Shown here: piece by piece, positions 57,618 through 64,000 of the stretch
How the letters are laid out: each line of letters starts with the position of its first letter
Numbering within the stretch: the stretch's first letter is position 1
Assembly: GCA_021836725.1 (NCBI GenBank)
Contig: JAKBHL010000011.1
Span: 18,210-82,209, forward strand
Reading direction: 5' to 3'
Source of the DNA: a bacterium
Lineage (GTDB): Bacteria > Patescibacteriota > Minisyncoccia > Phycocordibacterales > Phycocordibacteraceae
Length of the DNA stretch: 64,000 nt
Translations under genes and position numbers: made by a program
The notes under the pieces: generated by a model
What the model was told of the DNA's origin: nothing
The model's input: the letters and a program-made list of their open reading frames with translations, nothing else
The model's database searches: none

Positions 57618-58781
57618 ATGGACACGAATGCATCCGTAGCGAACGACGTTCCCGAGGAAGAACAGCCGAAGAAGTATATTCGCACGTTCGAGAGCGATAT
57701 GGCGACCCTGCAAAAAGGCGGCGTTCCCGATCTCGCCCCGTTTGCAGGAAGTTCGACGGCGCCGAATGCCGCCGATCATCCGTTGCCAGCTGCGGAGACC
57801 CCGGCGGCTCCCGCGCAAACTCCTCCTCCGCCCGCGGCCATTCCCACTCTGGCGCCGAAGCCGGAACCGTTGCCGCGCCCCGAACCCGTTGCGCCGCCGC
57901 CTCCGGCGAAGCCCAATCCGGCTGAAACATACGCAAGTGATTTTTCAGACCGGATGAAAGAAGCCAACGCCTCAACCCTGACAGTGCTCGCGGCAGAGGA
58001 GGATTCGGCGCCGCGCGCAGCGCAGAAGACAGAACAGAAATCCGCCCATACCGGTCTCTACGTTTCCGTCAGCGTAGCGCTTCTTGTCGCGGGCGCGGCG
58101 GGCGTATACCTCGCCTATGCGCGCTATCACGCCAATACGGCGCCGGTCGCCATCGCGCCAGCGGTCGTGGCGCCAATATTCGTCGACGAACGCGAACAAG
58201 TCTCGGGTACGGGGTCCGTGCTTGCAAACGCAATCGAACAGTCGGTTACCCGTCCGGTGCAGGGTGTCGTCCGGCTCCTGTACCTCACAAACGCAACGAC
58301 CACGGACAATAACGTGTTCCTCGCACTCAATGTGCCGGCTCCCGATATCCTTCTGCGCAACGTGGATGCCATGGGCGGCATGGCCGGCGTCATAAATGTG
58401 AACGGCGCGCAAAGCCCATTTTTCATACTTTCCGTCGCCTCCTACAGCGATACGTTTGCCGGCATGCTTTCGTGGGAAAGCACGATGCCAGGCTCGCTCG
58501 CTGCGCTCTTTCCTCCTTATGCAAATACGACCGCGACGACGACCGCGACAACTACCCAGGCAACGAAACAAAAAACGGCGGCGACGGGCGCCCCCGGCCC
58601 GCAACAGGGTTTCCAGGATGAAATCGTGAGCAATCACGACGTGCGTGTCTATCGCGACGCCTCGGGACGGAGCATCCTCCTCTACGGCTACTGGAACCAG
58701 AGCACGCTTATCATCGCGCGCAATAGCGCGGCGTTTTCCGAGATAGTGCAGCGGCTCGCGACATCGCGCGCGCAAGGCTGA
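57618..58781 (+). CDS. Hypothetical single-TM protein with Pro-rich N-terminus
   Basis: IRTFESD motif, Pro-rich tract, one TM, FAGMLSWE. Confidence 0.7.
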   Translation: MDTNASVANDVPEEEQPKKYIRTFESDMATLQKGGVPDLAPFAGSSTAPNAADHPLPAAETPAAPAQTPPPPAAIPTLAPKPEPLPRPEPVAPPPPAKPNPAETYASDFSDRMKEANASTLTVLAAEEDSAPRAAQKTEQKSAHTGLYVSVSVALLVAGAAGVYLAYARYHANTAPVAIAPAVVAPIFVDEREQVSGTGSVLANAIEQSVTRPVQGVVRLLYLTNATTTDNNVFLALNVPAPDILLRNVDAMGGMAGVINVNGAQSPFFILSVASYSDTFAGMLSWESTMPGSLAALFPPYANTTATTTATTTQATKQKTAATGAPGPQQGFQDEIVSNHDVRVYRDASGRSILLYGYWNQSTLIIARNSAAFSEIVQRLATSRAQG

Positions 58782-58804
58782 TACTCTGTTATCATCTGCG
58801 CACG

Positions 58805-59164
58805 ATGAATAAACTTATGAAAACCGAACATTTCAAGCAGAAGCTTTTGGCGGAGAAGGAAAAACTGGAGACGGAGATGGGAAGCGTCGGGCGCAAGAAT
58901 CCGGCGGTACCAAATGATTGGGAGCTTGCACCCTCTGAGACGGGCACGGAATCGGACATCATCGACCAAGCCGATGCGGTGGTGAGCCGCGAGAACAGCG
59001 CGGCAATCCTCGCCGACCTGGAAGCGCGATATGACACTATCCTTGAAGCTCTTGCAAGAATCGAGAAAGGAACATACGGGAAATGCGAGGTATGCGCTCA
59101 GGAAATAGAGGAAGCGCGCCTTGAAGCCGATGCCGCCAGCACGACCTGCGTCGCGCATTTATAA
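58805..59164 (+). CDS. TraR/DksA family zinc-finger protein
   Basis: DIIDQA tip, ALARIEKGTYGKCEVC...RLEA...TCVAH (C3H). Confidence 0.88.
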   Translation: MNKLMKTEHFKQKLLAEKEKLETEMGSVGRKNPAVPNDWELAPSETGTESDIIDQADAVVSRENSAAILADLEARYDTILEALARIEKGTYGKCEVCAQEIEEARLEADAASTTCVAHL

Positions 59165-59173
59165 CGCTCACTC

Positions 59174-60754
59174 GTGTCTGCACCGCCCTCAAAACGCGTG
59201 CCCAAACAAACGCATTCTTCCGCTCACACCGCGGTGGCAGGGCGCGGATATGCTAAAACGCTCGCCGCGCAGCCGGTCGGGGCGGGAGCGGAAATGGTCA
59301 GCGTCGAGGCCGATCTCATGCGCGGGCTGCACGCTTTCTCGATTGTAGGGCTTGCCGACAAGGCGGTGGAGGAAGCGCGCGACAGGATAAGCGCGGCGAT
59401 ACGCCACTGCGGTTACAAATCTCCCAAACAGCACAACAAGCGGATCGTACTGTCGCTTTCGCCCGCGGATCTGAAGAAAGAGGGTTCGCACTATGATCTT
59501 GCGCTTGCGCTCGCATACCTCATCGCGGCGGGCGACCTCGCGGCGCTTGCGGAAGAGACGCTCTTCATCGGCGAACTTGCTCTTGATGGGACGCTGCAAA
59601 CAGTGCGCGGCGTCCTCCCGCAGGTGCTTGCCGCCAAGCGTCGCGGTGTGAAGACGATCTTCGTTCCGCCGGGGAATGCGCGCGAAGCGCTTCTAGCCGA
59701 GGGAAGCGCCGTGTATGCGCCCGCATCGCTTTCGGAACTTTTGCGGCACTTGAAGGGCGAAAGACCCTTGCCGCGTCTTGTGCGCGACCGTCATGCGCCG
59801 CCTTCACCGGCCGCCATTGACCTAGGCGATATAAAAGGCCAGGAAAGCGCGAAGCGCGCGCTCGAGATAGCCGCTACCGGCCGACATAACATCGTCTTCT
59901 ACGGGCCGCCGGGCACCGGCAAGACCATGCTCGCCCGCGCACTCCCGGGCATCCTCCCGCCGCTCACCGACGATGAGGTGCTTGAGGTGACCGCCATACA
60001 TTCGACCGCGGGACTGCTCGGAGAGGGCGAGGCGATATACTGGCCCCCGTTTCGCGCGCCGCATCACTCGGTATCGCATGTGGCGATCGTGGGCGGCGGC
60101 ACCTTCCCGAAGGCGGGCGAGGTAACGCTCGCGCACAAAGGCGTGCTTTTTCTCGATGAATTCCCAGAATTCGAGTCCCGTTCGCTTGAGGCGCTGCGGC
60201 AGCCGCTTGAGGATCGTGTCGTTACCGTCTCGCGGGCGCGTGCGACCGTCACGTTCCCGGCCGATTGCATGATCGTCGCGGCGATGAATCCCGCGGACAC
60301 CCTCTCAGGCGATGCGCGGGTGGCAGAGCGCGCCGCGCTCAGGCAGGCGCGCCGCATCTCGCGGCCCATTGTCGACCGGCTCGATCTTTGGATCGAAGTG
60401 CCGCTCGTTCCGCATGATACGCTCGCAGAGCTTGCGCGCGGCGAGCCCTCCGCCCTTGTGCGGGAACGCGTCATCACGGCGCGCAAATTTTCCGAAAAGC
60501 GCGGCGGCGCATCGGGCGTGACAAATGCCGCGCTTACAAGCCGCGAGCTTGACGAGAAGAGCAATTTCAGCGCGGCGGCGAAAGAAGCGCTCACGAATGC
60601 CGCGGCACGGATGCATCTCTCGCCGCGCAGTTACCACCGCACCATGCGCGTTGCGCGCACCATCGCGGATCTCGCCGGCTCGCAGTCCGTCATGCCGGCC
60701 CACGTCCACGAGGCTTTGCAGTATCGTCCGCGCGGGCTGTTCCCGTCCGAGTGA
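59174..60754 (+). CDS. comM: YifB/ComM Mg-chelatase-like AAA+ ATPase
   Basis: [36 protein letters not shown]. Confidence 0.95.
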   Translation: MSAPPSKRVPKQTHSSAHTAVAGRGYAKTLAAQPVGAGAEMVSVEADLMRGLHAFSIVGLADKAVEEARDRISAAIRHCGYKSPKQHNKRIVLSLSPADLKKEGSHYDLALALAYLIAAGDLAALAEETLFIGELALDGTLQTVRGVLPQVLAAKRRGVKTIFVPPGNAREALLAEGSAVYAPASLSELLRHLKGERPLPRLVRDRHAPPSPAAIDLGDIKGQESAKRALEIAATGRHNIVFYGPPGTGKTMLARALPGILPPLTDDEVLEVTAIHSTAGLLGEGEAIYWPPFRAPHHSVSHVAIVGGGTFPKAGEVTLAHKGVLFLDEFPEFESRSLEALRQPLEDRVVTVSRARATVTFPADCMIVAAMNPADTLSGDARVAERAALRQARRISRPIVDRLDLWIEVPLVPHDTLAELARGEPSALVRERVITARKFSEKRGGASGVTNAALTSRELDEKSNFSAAAKEALTNAAARMHLSPRSYHRTMRVARTIADLAGSQSVMPAHVHEALQYRPRGLFPSE

Positions 60755-60834
60755 TGCGCAATTAAAAACTTTGAATTACGAAACTCCATTTGCGACCGTC
60801 CGCAAGGCGCTGAGCTTGCTATTCGAGCTCGAGA

Positions 60835-61938
60835 CTACTGCGGGGAGCAGATGCTGCCGACCGGACATTGCGCAAAAGGATTTTTTGCGCCGCGGACTTC
60901 GAAATGGAGGTGTGGCCCGGTCGCCATGCCGGTCATACCGACATAGCCGATGACCTGACCGCCGAGAACCGCCTGCCCGGGCGAAACGATCGCATGGGTC
61001 ATGTGAGCATAGAGCGTCTCGGTATTGTTATCGTGAGTGATGACGACGTAGTTTCCGTAACCGCCATTCCAAGCGCCGTTGCTGCGCGCCACGATGACCG
61101 TGCCGCCCGCGGCTGCGTGGATCGGCGTACCGCGCGGGGCACCGATATCAACCGCGTTCCATCCGTGGATGGATTGTGTGATGATGCCGCCCGGCAGCGG
61201 ATTGTCATAATAACCGGGTTGAGCCGGGCCGCTGCCGCCAAGATAGGGTTCGTAGATGACGCGCCCCGACGAAAATCGTATCCCCGCTCCGGTCCTGGAC
61301 GGTATCGGCGTAGCGACTTCGCCTCCCGGGATTATGATTTTTGAACCGACAACGAGCGGCGTTTCCGGATCAAGGCCGTTGAATTGGGCGATTTCGGTCG
61401 CATCGGCCCGATACTTTTTCGCGATTGATTTGAGCGTATCGCCCTTCACGACCATATGCTCGATTCCGGAAACCGGCAGAATGATAAGCATATCGCCGGG
61501 GTGCACGTCCCGCGTGCTTTTGAGGTTGTTCGCCCATATGATGGTATTCACCGAAACGCCGAACATGTCGGCGATCTCAGAGAGCGTATCTCCCGGGCGT
61601 ACCTCATATACCGAGATGCGGTCCGGCGGGGCTACTTTCGAAATATCGGCGATCGTGCCGCCGGGGCCGCTGTAGGGAACGAGCGCAGAACCGTCGGAAG
61701 TCGCAAGCGCAAGCGGCGCGCCTATGTTCGGATCGGTATTCACCGCCGCCACGAGCGCAGGCGTCGAGGCACTCGGGACAAACGCGTTCGTCGCCGCATC
61801 CGCGCTCGAGAACGGCCAAAAAGCATTCGCGCGATTCGGCAGAAGCGCTATCGAGAGGGCGACAACCGCGCATCCTGTGATGAACAGGGCGGCTTGTTCG
61901 AATACCCGATATATATCCCGTTTCGTGCACGTCCGCAG
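60835..61938 (-). CDS. LysM x2 plus M23 peptidoglycan endopeptidase (true start uncertain and probably non-canonical)
   Basis: YEVRPGDTLSEIA, VVKGDTLKSIA, YAHM, TGPHLHFEV; the frame stays open to 62013 and includes a signal peptide upstream of the first GTG (61752). Confidence 0.85.
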   Translation of the reverse strand: MRTCTKRDIYRVFEQAALFITGCAVVALSIALLPNRANAFWPFSSADAATNAFVPSASTPALVAAVNTDPNIGAPLALATSDGSALVPYSGPGGTIADISKVAPPDRISVYEVRPGDTLSEIADMFGVSVNTIIWANNLKSTRDVHPGDMLIILPVSGIEHMVVKGDTLKSIAKKYRADATEIAQFNGLDPETPLVVGSKIIIPGGEVATPIPSRTGAGIRFSSGRVIYEPYLGGSGPAQPGYYDNPLPGGIITQSIHGWNAVDIGAPRGTPIHAAAGGTVIVARSNGAWNGGYGNYVVITHDNNTETLYAHMTHAIVSPGQAVLGGQVIGYVGMTGMATGPHLHFEVRGAKNPFAQCPVGSICSPQ

Positions 61939-62148
61939 CGAATCGGGAAGTTTAGGTTTTGATTCGATAAGGGAAACGAGGGCTGTCGGCGGTTCCGCGC
62001 ATACAAAAATGGCTTACATACCCTGTATATAAGCCATTTCTTGAATACTTCCGTATCAGAAGATGTTGCTAATCTAACGCGAATTGCCCTTCAAATCAAC
62101 CCGGTTTCGTAAGGGTTGGGGAAATCGGCAAAATGCTACAGTGCTCAA

Positions 62149-64000
62149 GTGAAATACCTGGAAGGATTGAATGACGCGCAACGACGCGCGGTTCTCGCCG
62201 TAGACGGTCCGGTATCGGTTCTTGCGGGAGCGGGGAGCGGGAAAACGCGCGTGCTTACGACGCGCATCTATCACCTCGTCCGCGAAGGCGTTCCTCCGGA
62301 AGAGATACTCGCGGTTACGTTTACCAATAAGGCCGCGCGGGAGATGCGCGAGCGGGTCCGCGCGATGCTCGGGGAAGAACATGCCGCGACAGCCCCTTTC
62401 ATAGCGACCTTTCACGGTCTCGGGCGCGAGCTTCTCGAGTCCTACGGAAGCGCAATCGGCATACCGCGTTTTTTCAGCGTCTACGATCGCGATGATTCGG
62501 AGAAAGCGATTGCCGCGGCGCTCAAAGCGCTCGATGTCTCGGCGAAAGAGCTTTCGCCGCGCGCAGTGTTGAGCCGCATCTCGCGCTCAAAGGGCGAGGG
62601 GGTTCGCGCGCGCGAGTTCTACGAGAAACACGCGCGCGGCAGCTTCGGCGGACGCATTGTCGCGGAGGCGTGGCTTCGCTACGAGACAACGCTCAAAGAA
62701 GAGAAGGCGCTCGACTTCGACGATCTCATCGCCGTACCGTTACGGCTCCTTGAAGAGCATGCCGATATCCGCGAACGTGCGCAGAATCGCTGGCGCTATA
62801 TCCACATCGACGAATACCAGGACACGAACGCGCTGCAGGGACGCCTCGCCGACCTGCTCACGCAGAAGCACCGGAATATCTTTGTCGTCGGTGATATCGA
62901 TCAATGCCTCGTTGCCGGGACCAAAGTCACATTGCCGGATGGTTCAACGTCTTCGATAGAGAGTATCAAGAAGAACGATCTCGTCCTCTCGAACTACGGT
63001 AGCGGCGACCTGCGCCCGTCTCGCGTCACGCGCGTCTCGTCGAGGAAGGTGTCAGGCGAGCTCATCCGCATGGTGACAAAGAGCGGCCGCGTTCTCGTGA
63101 GCACGGCAGACCATATGCATTTTGCGGGCTATCGACTCGGTATCACGCCGCAACTCCACTTCACATACCTTATGTTTAAGAAAGGGAAAGGATGGCGGCT
63201 CGGCGTCTCGCAAACGTACACGAACGGCCAACGCGCGTCGATGATCGGATTTCAGCAGCGTTGCAATCAGGAACACGGCGATATGGTCTGGGTTGTCGGC
63301 ACGCACCGGACGTCGCAGGAAGCGCACGTGCTCGAGTACCAGCTTTCGCTTCGGTACGCGATTCCGACATTGCCGTTTATCGCGCGAAAAGGGAGCACGG
63401 GAGGATATGTGCATGACCAGGAGATGCTTGACCGGATATTCGCCTCGTTCGATACGGAAACGGGAGCGCGGCGGCTCTTGAAGGATCATGGGCTTTCGAG
63501 AGAATACTCGCACCATCGTGCGCAGGCGACGCGAAGCGACCGGCGCAATATCGTCGTTACGTTGTGCGGCGACCGTCGTGCCACAGCGCCGCTGCACCAG
63601 ATTTCTATTGTCGGTAGCGATCCGAAAGGGAAGCGAGCGCTTCAAGCGGCCGGATTTTCCGTGCGCCGCGCGAAAGCGGGATCAAAAGCGTGGCGATTCG
63701 AAACGGCATATAAAGAATACGGAAAGCTCCTCGCAGTGGTCGGCAGGCTGCAGGAAATATTTCAGGACGCCGTACTGGTGCGTACAGCTCGACTCGGCGG
63801 GAGAAAAATGCGTCTGAAAGACGGCAATTCGCTACCCCTCCTTCCCGCGGCAAGCGTGCGTCCGGGCATGGCGCTCTTCGACGAGGAGGGCGGGTTCGAT
63901 ATCGTGCAGGAAGTGACACGCGTGGCCTCCGCGCTCACGCGCGTCTACGACCTTGACATCGAGTATACGCATAACTTCATAGCGAATGGCATCGTGACGC
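62149..64000 (+). CDS. pcrA: UvrD/PcrA helicase containing an intein (runs off window)
   Basis: Manual translation from GTG 62149: LNDAQRRAV, AGAGSGKT, TFTNKAAREM, IDEYQDTN, VVGDIDQ. Confidence 0.95.
   Translation, partial: MKYLEGLNDAQRRAVLAVDGPVSVLAGAGSGKTRVLTTRIYHLVREGVPPEEILAVTFTNKAAREMRERVRAMLGEEHAATAPFIATFHGLGRELLESYGSAIGIPRFFSVYDRDDSEKAIAAALKALDVSAKELSPRAVLSRISRSKGEGVRAREFYEKHARGSFGGRIVAEAWLRYETTLKEEKALDFDDLIAVPLRLLEEHADIRERAQNRWRYIHIDEYQDTNALQGRLADLLTQKHRNIFVVGDIDQCLVAGTKVTLPDGSTSSIESIKKNDLVLSNYGSGDLRPSRVTRVSSRKVSGELIRMVTKSGRVLVSTADHMHFAGYRLGITPQLHFTYLMFKKGKGWRLGVSQTYTNGQRASMIGFQQRCNQEHGDMVWVVGTHRTSQEAHVLEYQLSLRYAIPTLPFIARKGSTGGYVHDQEMLDRIFASFDTETGARRLLKDHGLSREYSHHRAQATRSDRRNIVVTLCGDRRATAPLHQISIVGSDPKGKRALQAAGFSVRRAKAGSKAWRFETAYKEYGKLLAVVGRLQEIFQDAVLVRTARLGGRKMRLKDGNSLPLLPAASVRPGMALFDEEGGFDIVQEVTRVASALTRVYDLDIEYTHNFIANGIVT
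62905..64000 (+). mobile_element. Intein in helicase motif III
   Basis: GDIDQ|CLVAGTKVTLPDG (block A), STADH (block B), VYDLDIEYTHNFIANGIVT (blocks F/G; terminal HN expected just past the window end). Confidence 0.92.

Noticed and set aside
62007-62040. Palindrome upstream of the M23 gene as a dif site
   Set aside because: The symmetry does not fit the 11-6-11 Xer layout and the site is origin-proximal. It is treated as an RNA hairpin instead.
1-64000. CRISPR array or cas genes
   Set aside because: No regularly spaced direct repeats with unique spacers and no cas-like ORFs. The repeats found are dispersed palindromes.

Overview
Origin-proximal 64-kb segment of a small-genome Patescibacteria (CPR) chromosome, most like Parcubacteria/Kaiserbacteria. 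This is an inference from gene content: shortened PolA, HolA and YebC, tRNA-Arg(GCG), a CPR-type VirB4/PrgI/pilin locus and type IV pilus genes. It carries dnaA-dnaN with a DnaA-box origin, rpmH-rnpA-yidC, a parS cluster about 36 kb away, repair/recombination genes (ruvA/B/C, yqgF, polA, recJ, xth, xer, uvrD/pcrA), competence genes, some central metabolism and 8 tRNAs. No CRISPR array, rRNA or transposase was seen. Most notable signals: (1) a shared ~165-185 bp mini-element behind two different tRNAs, carrying a split antisense copy of its own host tRNA 3' end interrupted by a conserved GCAGG/CCTGC hairpin and closed by a direct repeat of the tRNA 3' end; (2) a palindromic MITE-like family whose ends often coincide with stop codons; (3) a 6S-like ncRNA; (4) an outer-membrane beta-barrel-like gene in a presumed monoderm; (5) an intein with a GIY-YIG-like core in UvrD/PcrA; (6) a LysM/M23 gene whose signal peptide has no canonical start codon; (7) a 30-aa, 67% acidic peptide; (8) pervasive leaderless gene starts. 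All calls were made by eye and no searches were run.
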